DNA of 64,000 nt from Planctomycetota bacterium (GTDB taxonomy: Bacteria > Planctomycetota > B15-G4 > JADJEK01), in assembly GCA_044225365.1 (NCBI GenBank), contig JBGAIQ010000019.1, forward strand, positions 45,754 through 109,753. Reading direction: 5' to 3'. The notes beneath the pieces were generated by a model. The model was not told the origin of the DNA. It worked only from the letters and a program-made list of their open reading frames with translations, and ran no database searches. A program made the position numbers and the translations under genes. Of this stretch, positions 50,291 through 60,215 are shown one piece after another; within the stretch, counting starts at the first letter, position 1; each line of letters begins with the position of its first letter.

Positions 50291-50724
50291 CAACGCTGAA
50301 CTCCCTGATAGTCGTCGAGAGCGAGGAGACGTCTGCGCGCCCAGATCTCGGCCGCCGAGAACAGCGAGGCGCCACCGATCATTCCGCAGAGCGAGAAGGT
50401 CATGAGCCGCGAGGAATACGCATCGAAGAAATCGACGACGATGCTCGCCGCCACGCCGATGAATCCGACGACGGCCGCGACCGCGCCGACGGCGCGCGCA
50501 ACGCGATAACCGCGGTGTTGGCCAAGGCGGCGAATCAGTTCGTCCTGGGGCTCGGCGAGTTTCATCGCGTCGGAGATGCGCGCGAGGTGCTTGTAGCGGG
50601 AGAGTTCAGAAGCGAGCGCCGGGTCGGCGGCGCATTGCTGGAGCAACTCCTTGCGTTCGTCGGGAGTGAGTTCCCCGTCGACGAATCCCATCATCAGGAT
50701 CTTGGTGCGTTCTGAATCGGTCAT
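50290..50724 (-). CDS. Putative anti-sigma factor with two TM helices
   Basis: MMGFVDGELT motif; lies directly downstream of an ECF gene. Confidence 0.78.
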   Translation of the reverse strand: MTDSERTKILMMGFVDGELTPDERKELLQQCAADPALASELSRYKHLARISDAMKLAEPQDELIRRLGQHRGYRVARAVGAVAAVVGFIGVAASIVVDFFDAYSSRLMTFSLCGMIGGASLFSAAEIWARRRLLALDDYQGVQR

Positions 50725-50734
50725 CCTTGCACCG

Positions 50735-51367
50735 TCACAGATGACGCTCGAGGCGTTCGCGCAACCGACGTCGTGCGTGGAAGAGACGGGACATCACGGT
50801 GCCGATGGGGATGTCGAGTTCGGTCGCGATGTCGTGATACTCGAGTTCCTTGAAGTGTCGCAGCGCGAGGATCTCGCGATCGTTCTTCGGGAGCAGTTCG
50901 AACGCCTTCCAGAACTCTCGGCGCAGGTCGCCGCGTACGAGATCGTCGTCGGGTCTCAGCGCCGAGTCGTCCGCGAGCGGCATCTCGCTGGAGTCTTCGT
51001 CGATCGGGCTGATCGAAACCGTCTTCAGGGTTGCAGGCCCGCGCTTGCGACGCAGATGCGACAGGCTCGTGTTCTTCAGGATCCGATAGAACCAGGGAAA
51101 GAAGCGCTGGTTCGTGTCGAACCGCGCGATCGCGCGAAAGCTCTTCACGAACGCGTCCTGCACCACTTCGCAGGCGTCCTCCGCGTTCTGAACGAACTGC
51201 ATGGCGACGGCCTGGGCCCGAGTCGCGTACTTGTTGACGAGAGGGGCGTAGTACTCGTCCTGGCCAGCCTGGACGAGTCGGATCTTGCGTATGTCGCTGA
51301 TGTCGGCGGCTTCCATCTTCATGGGTCGCCCTGCTTCGCTGTCCGCCCCCGGATTATTCACGTCCAT
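50735..51367 (-). CDS. ECF sigma factor (start 51367 or 51322)
   Basis: DACEVVQDAFVK, FFPWFYRI and GTVMSRLFHAR motifs. Confidence 0.92.
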   Translation of the reverse strand: MDVNNPGADSEAGRPMKMEAADISDIRKIRLVQAGQDEYYAPLVNKYATRAQAVAMQFVQNAEDACEVVQDAFVKSFRAIARFDTNQRFFPWFYRILKNTSLSHLRRKRGPATLKTVSISPIDEDSSEMPLADDSALRPDDDLVRGDLRREFWKAFELLPKNDREILALRHFKELEYHDIATELDIPIGTVMSRLFHARRRLRERLERHL

Positions 51368-51453
51368 CGATCCAATTTGAGCGCCGACGGTGACTCGTCG
51401 CCCGGAACCACGTGGCGATCGAGAGGATACCACAGATGCCGATTCCCGGCTTG

Positions 51454-52614
51454 TCAGGTCGAAAGGGCGCGCAAGATGGCATTTGCGGCGCGACCCGCGG
51501 CCCCCGGCTCGAAGGCGCTTCGAAGTTCGTCGCGCAGCGCCAAGAGCGTCGACTCGCGCACTTCTCCGTCGCGGATACGCGCAAGGGCGAGTTCCACGAC
51601 GGGTGCTACGGGCTCGTCCGTGGCCACGAACTCGGGTACCAGTTCGCGGCCCGCGATGAGATTGATCTGCGAGATCCACGGCACCGTGAGCAGGATGCTT
51701 CCGAGGAAGCGCTGCATTGCCGTGATCTTGTAGAGCACGATCATGGGGACGCCGAAGAAACCGACTTCGAACGTGGCGGTTCCCGAAGCGACGAGCGCGA
51801 AGCGCGCGGCGCGAAGCACGGGGACGACTCGCTCGACGATCGTGACGTCGAGTCCGTGGCCCTCGGTGGCAAGGAGGGCGGTGCAGATCGCCCGGGTGTC
51901 GTCGCGCAGTTGCGGCACGACGAATCGCAGGCGCGGCATGGCGACTCGCAGTTCGCGTGCGATCCGCAGCATCCACGGCAGGATCGAACGGACCTCCTGG
52001 GGCCGGCTGCCGGGAAGCAGTGCGATCACGAAATCGCCGGGCTCTTCATGCGCGAGTTCTCGCGCGATCGCAACGTCACGCGCGTCACCCTCGCTCGAGC
52101 GTTCGTCCTTCATCCGATCGGCCGACGGGTGACCGACGTAGTCGGCGGCGACCCCGAGATCGCGGAAGTAGCGCTCCTCGAATTCGAAGATGGTGAACGC
52201 GTGATCCACGCGTTTGCGGAAGCGCGCCGCGCGCCACGGAGCCCACGCCCACAGTTGGGGGCAGCAGTAGTAGAAGACCTTCACGCCGCGACGCTTCGCG
52301 AGCTGAGCGAATTTGAAGTGGAGCCCCGGATAGTCGACGAGGACGACGGCATCGGGACGGCGTTCGTCGAGCGTCGTGGCGAAGGTCTCCAGGATCCGCG
52401 CGAACAACGGGATCGCGCCGAAGACGGCCTTGAATCCCATGATCGCGTGGCGGGAGAGCGGAAACACGAGGCGCGCGCCCGCCTCGCTCATCAACTCGCC
52501 GCCGAATGCGTCGATCTCGATCGTGGGGTCGCGCTCGCGCAATGCGGTGATCAGACTCGCCGCATGTTGCTCGCCGGAAAGTTCCCCGGCGGAGATGAGG
52601 AGTCGCCGCGTCAC
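51454..52614 (-). CDS. lpxB: Lipid A disaccharide synthase
   Basis: AGELSGE, VDYPG, PQLWAW, VGHP, LLPGSR and SGTAT motifs. Confidence 0.93.
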   Translation of the reverse strand: MTRRLLISAGELSGEQHAASLITALRERDPTIEIDAFGGELMSEAGARLVFPLSRHAIMGFKAVFGAIPLFARILETFATTLDERRPDAVVLVDYPGLHFKFAQLAKRRGVKVFYYCCPQLWAWAPWRAARFRKRVDHAFTIFEFEERYFRDLGVAADYVGHPSADRMKDERSSEGDARDVAIARELAHEEPGDFVIALLPGSRPQEVRSILPWMLRIARELRVAMPRLRFVVPQLRDDTRAICTALLATEGHGLDVTIVERVVPVLRAARFALVASGTATFEVGFFGVPMIVLYKITAMQRFLGSILLTVPWISQINLIAGRELVPEFVATDEPVAPVVELALARIRDGEVRESTLLALRDELRSAFEPGAAGRAANAILRALST

Positions 52615-52633
52615 GCGGTCTCCACGGAGGTCA

Positions 52634-53065
52634 TCACAGCAACCGATTCTCGCGCGCCGCGTTCTTCAACACGTCGACGGCTCGCTCGGCGAGTTCCTCG
52701 CGGATGAAGACGTGATCGCGATCGAATGCGGACAAGGCGCCGAGCGGGATGTCGGCTTCGGCGAGGATCGACGTCACGCGCGCCATGAAGCCGACGAGAG
52801 TCCACGGCAATGTCGGGGTGAACGTAATGACGCGGTAGTTCGTGGGCTCGATCGTTGCCCGCGTCAGGAACTCGCCGACGGTCTTGGCGTCGTGCTCCGA
52901 GATCAGGAGCGAAACGCACTGATCCTCCCGCAGCATCGAGAGAAAGGGGGACTCGACCGCGGCGACCCTGCGCATGAGCACGCTCGCGTTCGCCCCTTCG
53001 ACCTTGATCAGTCGGAACTTCTCCGGACGGAGCACGATGTCCTTCGGGCGAATCGTCGTTCGCAT
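52634..53065 (-). CDS. ACT-domain protein (CASTOR/ACT_7-like)
   Basis: LVGFMARVTSILAEADIP..ALSAFDRDHVFI. Confidence 0.8.
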   Translation of the reverse strand: MRTTIRPKDIVLRPEKFRLIKVEGANASVLMRRVAAVESPFLSMLREDQCVSLLISEHDAKTVGEFLTRATIEPTNYRVITFTPTLPWTLVGFMARVTSILAEADIPLGALSAFDRDHVFIREELAERAVDVLKNAARENRLL

Positions 53066-53066
53066 G

Positions 53067-53996
53067 TCAGACCTTCGTGAGCCAATCGGCGTGCGATGGA
53101 TCGCGGCCGCGGACGACGTCCGAGTAGGCCTGGATCAACGCTCGCGTCACGGGGCCCGGCATCCCGGAGCCGATCACTCGACCCTCGATCTCGCGCACTG
53201 GCGTGATCTCGGCGGCGGTTCCCGTGAGGAATACTTCGTCGGCGAGATAGAGCGCCTCGCGACCGAATCCACACTCGCGGATCGTGATGCCGAGCGACTT
53301 CGCGCGTTCGCGCGCGAGGGTGAGCACCGTCTGCCGCGTGATGCCGGGCAGGATCGGGCTCTCGAGTCCAGGTGTCAGGAGCTCTCCGTCGCGCACGACG
53401 AAGATGTTCTCGCCCGTGCCTTCCGCGACGTTTCCGAGATCGTCGAGGAGCAACGCCTCGTCGTAGCCCGCGAGCTTCGAGGCGCGCTTCGCGAGGATCG
53501 AATTGACGTACTGTCCGCAGATCTTGGCGCGCGTGAGATGCGCGGCGTTGCTCATGCGTCGCAGCGAGGAGATGCAGCAGCGGATGCCCTTCTGCGCGGC
53601 CTCTTCGCCGAGATAGGCACCCCAGGCGAACGCACCGATGCCGACTCGCACCACATTCGTCGTGGACCCGATGCCGAGCGGTCCTTCGCCGAGCCAGATC
53701 AGCGGTCGGAGGTAGCAGTCGCGCAGACCGGAGTCGCGCGTGACGTCGCGACAACCCTCGATCACCTGTTCGGCCGAGATGGGGACGTCGATGAGCGTCG
53801 CCTTCGCCGAGTCGTAGAGTCGCCGAATGTGCTCCTTGAGCCGGAAGATCGCCGCGCCGCCGCCCGCCTGCTCGTAGGAACGTACGCCTTCGAACGCGCC
53901 AAGCCCGTAGTGCAATGTGTGCGTGAAGAAGTGGAACTGGGCCGATTCCCAGGGAACCAGCTTGCCATCCAGCCAGATCGACTTGACTTTCTCCAT
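53067..53996 (-). CDS. ilvE: Branched-chain amino acid aminotransferase
   Basis: LHYGLGAFEG, AKICGQYVNS, EGTGENIF, LPGITR and GTAAE motifs. Confidence 0.96.
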   Translation of the reverse strand: MEKVKSIWLDGKLVPWESAQFHFFTHTLHYGLGAFEGVRSYEQAGGGAAIFRLKEHIRRLYDSAKATLIDVPISAEQVIEGCRDVTRDSGLRDCYLRPLIWLGEGPLGIGSTTNVVRVGIGAFAWGAYLGEEAAQKGIRCCISSLRRMSNAAHLTRAKICGQYVNSILAKRASKLAGYDEALLLDDLGNVAEGTGENIFVVRDGELLTPGLESPILPGITRQTVLTLARERAKSLGITIRECGFGREALYLADEVFLTGTAAEITPVREIEGRVIGSGMPGPVTRALIQAYSDVVRGRDPSHADWLTKV

Positions 53997-54117
53997 CGCA
54001 GCTCCGACGCGTCGTGCAGGAATCGCGGCATCCTAAAAGCTGAACCCGCTGTCCGCCACACCGCCTTCTTTCGAGGAGAGCGATTGCGTCGGCGCGTTGC
54101 TTCGGGATACTGGCGAG

Positions 54118-54936
54118 ATGATCCCCAGTGAGACGCCCGAAGGCTCCGAGACCCAGAAGAAGCAGAAGAAGCAGAAGAAGACGGCGAAGACGATCGACCA
54201 GGCTCCGCCGATCGAGCCGAAGGACCATCTCGCCTTCGAGAAGCACAAGTGGTCGGATCCCGACTGCAACGACCAGCGCTTGCGCATCAAACGCAAGCTG
54301 CAGGACATCGGCGAGCCCGTGGTGGCCGCGTTGCACGCCGCGACCGGGATCGAGCTCACGCTCCGCACGTCGATCCACAACCCCTACAAGTTCAATGGGA
54401 ACAAAGTGGATTCGATGCGCTTCTATCTCGCCCCCTCGGACAAGGCGAAGAAGCAGCTCAAGGACCTTCTCGGCGTCGAGTTCGCCGAGGACACCGATGC
54501 GTCGTACGTGCACGCGAATCTCGTGTTCGTGATCGACTTCACAGGGTTGCGCCTCGGCCTGACGGTCCATGAGCGCGCCTGGTACGACACTCAGAACGTG
54601 CGCAATCTCTGTTCGACGCGTCCGGGCGCCGAGCGTTTCGCCGCGGCGCTGAACGGGGTGCCGTCGACCTACAGTCTCGTGCTCCACGACTGGCAGAAGC
54701 GTTACGTCTGCGGGCAACTGAAGTGGGACGACATCCTCGAGTACTTCCGGTACTTCGTCCCTGGGCAGCATCGGATCGCCGTGACCCGCCAGATCCAAAA
54801 AGGCGCGTCGGAGCTCACGGAGCCCGATTTCTACGCGCGCGTCGTCGCCGAGTTCGCTGCGCTCATTCCGGTGTATCGACTCATCCTGTGGACGACGGAC
54901 AACAATCATCTCGGGATGAAGAACCCGTCGCCGTGA
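54118..54936 (+). CDS. Hypothetical protein
   Basis: ORF with host-like codon usage (C/G-rich third positions). Confidence 0.75.
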   Translation: MIPSETPEGSETQKKQKKQKKTAKTIDQAPPIEPKDHLAFEKHKWSDPDCNDQRLRIKRKLQDIGEPVVAALHAATGIELTLRTSIHNPYKFNGNKVDSMRFYLAPSDKAKKQLKDLLGVEFAEDTDASYVHANLVFVIDFTGLRLGLTVHERAWYDTQNVRNLCSTRPGAERFAAALNGVPSTYSLVLHDWQKRYVCGQLKWDDILEYFRYFVPGQHRIAVTRQIQKGASELTEPDFYARVVAEFAALIPVYRLILWTTDNNHLGMKNPSP

Positions 54937-55079
54937 GCGACGAAGGCGCGTCAGCGCGTCGTGGCGTTTCCCGGCATCGCGCTTGCGGCCAGCGATTCCC
55001 GATGGCGCAAGCTCGGGCTCCAGACGGAAGCCTTGTCTCGCCGATCATGTCCCTTACGATGCGAACCGAGGAATCTCTC

Positions 55080-55736
55080 ATGAGCTCGAAATGGAATCCC
55101 GCGATGACCGACGTGAACCCCCGACTCGATGACGACGATGAGGATGGCGAAGGTTGCCCATCGCACGAAGGCGGGAAGGGCAAGAAGGGCGAGGATGGCT
55201 TCGCTCTCCGGATGCTGAAGGCCCGCACGATCCTGATCGCGAAGCCGGTCGACAAGGATCTGATGCAGGCGGTCTCCGCCCAGTTGCTGCTCATGTCGGC
55301 CGAGGACTCGCGCAAGCCGATCACGGTCTACGTCAATTCGCCGGGTGGCGACGCCGATTCCGGCTTCGCGATCTACGACATGATGCGCTTCGTGAAGGCG
55401 CCCGTTCGCACGGTCTGCGCAGGACTCTGCGCCTCCGCCGGCATCATCATCTTCCTCGGCGGCGAGAAGGGGCAGCGCTATACCCTGCCGCATTCGCGCT
55501 TCCTGATCCACCAGCCCTCGACCTATGCCCAGGGCCAGGCGTCCGACCTCGAGATCACGGCGAAGCAGATCCTGCGGATCCGTGAGAAGTACAACGAGAT
55601 CGTCGGCAAGGAGACGGGCCGCACGGCGGATCAGGTCACGAAGGACGCGAACCGCGACTTCTGGCTCGACGCGACGGAGGCCAAGGCCTACAAGCTCGTC
55701 GACAAGATCGTCACCGAGGCCGGCGAGATCGACTGA
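55080..55736 (+). CDS. clpP: ClpP protease proteolytic subunit
   Basis: YVNSPGG, CASAG, IHQP and RDFWL motifs. Confidence 0.93.
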   Translation: MSSKWNPAMTDVNPRLDDDDEDGEGCPSHEGGKGKKGEDGFALRMLKARTILIAKPVDKDLMQAVSAQLLLMSAEDSRKPITVYVNSPGGDADSGFAIYDMMRFVKAPVRTVCAGLCASAGIIIFLGGEKGQRYTLPHSRFLIHQPSTYAQGQASDLEITAKQILRIREKYNEIVGKETGRTADQVTKDANRDFWLDATEAKAYKLVDKIVTEAGEID

Positions 55737-55826
55737 GCGAGCGGCACAAGCGGCACCAGCGGCATCGGCGGGATGGATTCCAGGCGGGAAGCGATCGGAT
55801 CGATCGCCTTCCGCCTGTTTCGTTTC

Positions 55827-57350
55827 TCACACCGATCCGGACCCGTGGGTCATTGGATCGCCGAACCGCGCCGCGAGCTTGGGGAAGAGCTTCTGTCCCC
55901 ACAGGCCATGGAGCAGCTTTCCGGGAATCCGGTTGCCGATCCAGAGCATCGGCTTCGAGATCAGGAAGCGGATGAGCCAGTCGGGCGCGATGCCGCGCGC
56001 GCGATGCCGCAGCAGGAACACGTAGGTCAGGAAGGAGTGCCGCACGTCGCGTAGCGAGTTGAACACGTTGAGGTAGGTGTCCTTCTCGCCCGTGATCACG
56101 CCGTCCTTCAGCGCCTTGTTGTAGATCTCGGTGCCCGGGTAGTAGGTCAGCGTGAAGATGTTGGTGCGCAGGAAGCGGGGCAGGTCGATCGTGTTGATGA
56201 CCGTCTCGAGCTGATCGAGCTGCGTCTCGTACGGATTGTCGATGATGAAGTCGGCGGTGACCTGGAGTCCCTTCGGGATGCCCACGCGCTCGATGATCTT
56301 CAGGTGTTCCTTCACCTTCCACATCGGGAGGAAGCGCTGATAGATCTCGCGATTCAAGCGGTCCGAACCGCTCTGGATCCCGATCTGAACGACCTTGAGA
56401 CCGCAGTCCATCAGGAGGTCGAGCTTCTCCTCGTTGATCGACGCCGGGATCGCGGAGCAGCCGAACGGCAGGCCGACCTCGGCCTTGTAGCGCTTCGCGA
56501 AGTACTCGAGGTCGGTGAGCTTGCGGGCGAAGAAATCGTCGTCGCTGAAGCTCACGTGCTTCAGGAAGGGGAAGCGCTTCGTGCGCTCGTTGATCTCCGT
56601 CATCACCGAGTCGACCGATCGATAGCGGAGCTTGCGCGGTCGATCGTTGTTCTGCGACTGCTTGTTGTTGTCGTTGTAGGTGTTGACGAAATAGTTGTTG
56701 TAGCAGTACGAGCAGACGAAGGGACAGCCACGCGTCGCGAGCACGAAGTACGACGGCTCGTCGAAGTAGTACACCGTGTGGTACTTCCGCATCAGTTCGT
56801 CGGTCATCGGCCGAATCGTGCGCGCTTCGTCGAGGATGTAGCAATCCTCGATCTCGTAGTCGGGGAACGGGTGCTCGTCGAGGTTGGTCTGCAGCGGTCG
56901 CAGGCAGTTCTCGATGACCTTGCCGTCGACCTTGAACGTGAAGTTCTTGGTGTCGTAGTAAGGCTCGCCGCGCTCCATCTTGCCGAGCAGTTCGACGATC
57001 GCTTCCTCACACTCGCCGCGCGCAGCGATGTCGCACCAATCCATGCTCTGCTTCGTTCGCGCCGTCGCGTGGATTCCACCCCACATGATCTTCGTGGTGG
57101 GGAAGCGGCGGCGGAGGTACTTGGTGACGTCGATCGCCCGATCTTCGTAGCAGGAGTAGAGCGAGACCGCGAACAAGTCCTGATCGCCCAGGATCGCCTC
57201 GACGTCGGGAGTGATCTCGATCTGAGCCGTGCCGTAGAAGGGCAGGAAGAACTGGGTGACCTTGTGGCCCGCCTGCTTCAGGCAGGCCGCGATGAGGCGA
57301 GACCCCTCACCGGAGAGTTCATCGCAGAAGTTGAACAGGCAGACCTTCAT
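55827..57350 (-). CDS. Cobalamin-binding-domain radical SAM protein
   Basis: WGGIHAT, GECE, TRGCPFVCSYC and GIQSGS motifs. Confidence 0.92.
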   Translation of the reverse strand: MKVCLFNFCDELSGEGSRLIAACLKQAGHKVTQFFLPFYGTAQIEITPDVEAILGDQDLFAVSLYSCYEDRAIDVTKYLRRRFPTTKIMWGGIHATARTKQSMDWCDIAARGECEEAIVELLGKMERGEPYYDTKNFTFKVDGKVIENCLRPLQTNLDEHPFPDYEIEDCYILDEARTIRPMTDELMRKYHTVYYFDEPSYFVLATRGCPFVCSYCYNNYFVNTYNDNNKQSQNNDRPRKLRYRSVDSVMTEINERTKRFPFLKHVSFSDDDFFARKLTDLEYFAKRYKAEVGLPFGCSAIPASINEEKLDLLMDCGLKVVQIGIQSGSDRLNREIYQRFLPMWKVKEHLKIIERVGIPKGLQVTADFIIDNPYETQLDQLETVINTIDLPRFLRTNIFTLTYYPGTEIYNKALKDGVITGEKDTYLNVFNSLRDVRHSFLTYVFLLRHRARGIAPDWLIRFLISKPMLWIGNRIPGKLLHGLWGQKLFPKLAARFGDPMTHGSGSV

Positions 57351-57710
57351 CACGGACTCCGCGCGGAACTCTACGGGCGAAAGACCGAACCGCCTCGCTC
57401 GTAGGAGGTTCGCGACGATGCCGAGGGCGTCGTTCGAGCGGATTCGGGCTTCGTACGGAACCCGCTCACCGGAACGGGTTGCCGTTCAATAGCATCGGTC
57501 GGCAGCGCGTCACGCTGTAGACCCCTGCTTTTTTCGGCCGCCACGGATCCGGCGCGTGAGCATATCTCATTTCCGCAGCCCCTGCATCCGGAAGCTCGTG
57601 AGGGCATTGCGTCGGAGCGGTGCAAACCTCCATAATCGCTCGTTTCCGCCCGCCCTCGATGTACGAGAGGGGTGGATGCGCCGGATGGTCCTTTCGGGTA
57701 GGCAACCAAT

Positions 57711-58412
57711 ATGGATTACGACCTTCGCAGCATCGCCTACGTCGCCGAGTTGCTCCACGCTCCCAAGCAGCACAACCCGGTAGAGCTCCAGAAGGTCCAC
57801 GCGGTCGCGTTCGCGGATCCGAAGTGCACGTACCAAAACTTCCAGGTGACTCCGCTGGGTGCGTCGTTGTTCAATCCGTCCACCGACAACAACACCGTCT
57901 CCGCGGTCCATTTCCTTCAAGATCGGATTCAGATCCGCGAGGAGATGACGGGAATCAGCCGCGAAGAGTTCCAGGATCGCATCGAACGTATCGCGGGATA
58001 CTCGATCGAACACCTCGCCATCGAGCAGTTCGCGTTCCAGAACTTCGTGGTGCGCTCGCTGGTGAACGCGAGGTACTTCCCCGACTCGCGCGAGTTCATC
58101 CGCAAATCGGTCCTCAACATGGAAGAAGAGGACTTCACGTGCCTCGAGCGTGAGCCCCAGATCGTCGGGCTGCGGCTGTTCTTCCCTCAGACCAACGAGA
58201 CCCGCGGCGCATTCAACGTGCGAATCGAGTCGTACGAGCGAGACCCGCGGTCGGTGTTCATCGAGAACGTGGGGATCTTCCGTTCGGTCGTGAACAGCGG
58301 CAATCTCAACGAGATCACCTCGAACTTCTTCTCCACCTACGACTACCTCGACGCGAACATCGTCGACTTCCTCGCTCAATTCGACAGCAAGGAAGCTCCG
58401 CCGCCCGGTTGA
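57711..58412 (+). CDS. Hypothetical protein
   Basis: ORF with host-like codon usage, followed by a strong hairpin. Confidence 0.8.
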   Translation: MDYDLRSIAYVAELLHAPKQHNPVELQKVHAVAFADPKCTYQNFQVTPLGASLFNPSTDNNTVSAVHFLQDRIQIREEMTGISREEFQDRIERIAGYSIEHLAIEQFAFQNFVVRSLVNARYFPDSREFIRKSVLNMEEEDFTCLEREPQIVGLRLFFPQTNETRGAFNVRIESYERDPRSVFIENVGIFRSVVNSGNLNEITSNFFSTYDYLDANIVDFLAQFDSKEAPPPG

Positions 58413-58440
58413 TCGCGAATCGATCGGACAGGGAACGCCA

Positions 58441-58472
58441 CGGGGCGCTCACGACGAATCGTGAGCGCCCCG
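58441..58472. terminator. Perfect 14-bp hairpin between convergent genes
   Basis: CGGGGCGCTCACGA-CGAA-TCGTGAGCGCCCCG; no long U tract. Confidence 0.65.
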
Positions 58473-58499
58473 CGTGATTTCATGAGGAGTGAGTCGCGA

Positions 58500-60185
58500 T
58501 CAGTTCGTCGACGTCACACCTTCGAAGATCCAGTTGTCGAAGCCCTGGTAGTTGTTCGGCATCGCCGGCGCTTCTTCGCCCGGCATCGCCAGCTTCGTCG
58601 CCTGGATCTCGGTCTCGCCCTGGATCATGTCCGGAGCGCCCGACTTGCTGCCCGCATAGATGAGCGGCGTCACCATGATCACGATCTCCTTGTGACCACG
58701 GGTCTGCTGCTCACGACCGAAGAGGTATCCGAGCACCGGGATGTCGCCGAGGCCCGGCGCCTTGTCGGACGCATGGATCTCTTCATCGCGCATCAGACTG
58801 CCCAGGATCTGCGGCTTGCCGTCCACCATGCGCTGCTTCGTGACGAGGCGGCGCGTGGAGATGATCGGCGTCCCGGCCGGCGTGGTTCCAGCGAGGTCGG
58901 TCGACAGGAAGTCGACCTGCACTTCGGAGGACTCCTGGCCGATCGCAGCGAAGACCTGCAGCGTGAGGCCGAGGGTGTTCTTCGGCAGGACGTCGTGACG
59001 GAGGAATCGGTTGTGGGCCGAGAAGTCGCTGTCGGCCGTCGCGCCACCCGTGAGACCCGTGTTCGCCTTGTTGAGCTTGGTCGGCTTGATGCCGAAGGCG
59101 TCCGGAGCGCTCGGAGTGACGTCGAACGACAGGAATTGATCGACCGACGACCAGGTCGCCGTCTTGTGCGTGAGCGCGAAGATTTCGGGCGTCGCGACGA
59201 CGCGGGCCTTGCCCTTCACGCGGAGGAAGTCGAGGTACGCCGAGGTGAGCAGGTAGTTCACCGAGAGCGCGGTCTGGTCGACGTCGAGATGTCGGCCGTG
59301 ATCACCCGGGTTGTAGTGGGTGCCCGCGCCGAAGTTCGGGTCGAAGTTGCCGGTGGCGTTCTCGAAGACGTTGTGCGACCACTGGCCCGCCGCGATCAGT
59401 TCGAAGAGGCTGCGGCCCGGGCCGTTCTTCCATGCCACCCAGTCGACGCCGACGAGATAGTCGTTGCTCGCCGTGATCTCGTAGATGCTGAACTTGAAGA
59501 GAGCCTGGGGCGGCGGCACGTCGTGCTTCGCGAGGCCGACGAAGTACTCCTCGACGCGATAGGGCTCGTCGCGACGAGTGACCGAGCCGGTGAGCCCGTC
59601 GATCGTCGTGACGCCTTCACCGCCGTAGAGGGATGCGAACTGATCGACCGTGTCGGCGGGGCGGAACTTGGTGCCGACCGTTCGGCGCTCCGACCCGTCG
59701 CGAGCGTTGAGAACCCACTTCTCGTCGAGGTCATGAACCGCCTTCTCGAGCGAGGGCATCATGAACGTCGGCGCGATGAGCTGGATCCAGTTCTCCTTCG
59801 TCTTCTTGTCGATCACGACCTCGGCGCGGCCGCCTTCGATCGACGTCACGCTGCGGAAGATCGTTCGAATCTCACGCGGGTGGACGTTGTTCAACTTGAT
59901 GAGCTTGGTGACGAAGTCGTTGATCAGGTTCTTCTGGTTGACGCGCAGGACCTTCACGACGCCGGTGTTCATCGGGTCGATGTTGATCTGCTCGTCCTGA
60001 TAGATGTAGTCGTCGATCCGACTGTTCGTCTCGTTCGTCGAGAAGCCGGGCGCGGGGCTCGGGTTGCCGACGCGGTTCTGGATGCCGCCGAATTCCTCGC
60101 CGTTGCGGCCGGGGAACTGAGCGAGAGCGGTGGTCGCGAAGAAGGCCGAGACCGTCGCGACGAAGAAGATTCGATTGGTATTCAT
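58500..60185 (-). CDS. Secretin-family outer membrane protein (paralog B)
   Basis: Signal peptide; KARVVATPEI; KAPGLGDIPVLGYLFG..EIVIMVTP secretin signature. Confidence 0.82.
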   Translation of the reverse strand: MNTNRIFFVATVSAFFATTALAQFPGRNGEEFGGIQNRVGNPSPAPGFSTNETNSRIDDYIYQDEQINIDPMNTGVVKVLRVNQKNLINDFVTKLIKLNNVHPREIRTIFRSVTSIEGGRAEVVIDKKTKENWIQLIAPTFMMPSLEKAVHDLDEKWVLNARDGSERRTVGTKFRPADTVDQFASLYGGEGVTTIDGLTGSVTRRDEPYRVEEYFVGLAKHDVPPPQALFKFSIYEITASNDYLVGVDWVAWKNGPGRSLFELIAAGQWSHNVFENATGNFDPNFGAGTHYNPGDHGRHLDVDQTALSVNYLLTSAYLDFLRVKGKARVVATPEIFALTHKTATWSSVDQFLSFDVTPSAPDAFGIKPTKLNKANTGLTGGATADSDFSAHNRFLRHDVLPKNTLGLTLQVFAAIGQESSEVQVDFLSTDLAGTTPAGTPIISTRRLVTKQRMVDGKPQILGSLMRDEEIHASDKAPGLGDIPVLGYLFGREQQTRGHKEIVIMVTPLIYAGSKSGAPDMIQGETEIQATKLAMPGEEAPAMPNNYQGFDNWIFEGVTSTN

Positions 60186-60215
60186 GGTTCTATTCTCCAT
60201 CTTCGATCGCACGGA

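Noticed and set aside
55740-55770. Short AGCGGCA tandem repeats after clpP
   Set aside because: Only three degenerate 9-bp units, with no functional support.
57354-57710. Cobalamin riboswitch or sRNA upstream of the B12 radical SAM gene
   Set aside because: No recognisable B12 box or long-range pairing by eye; an Rfam scan would be needed to exclude it.
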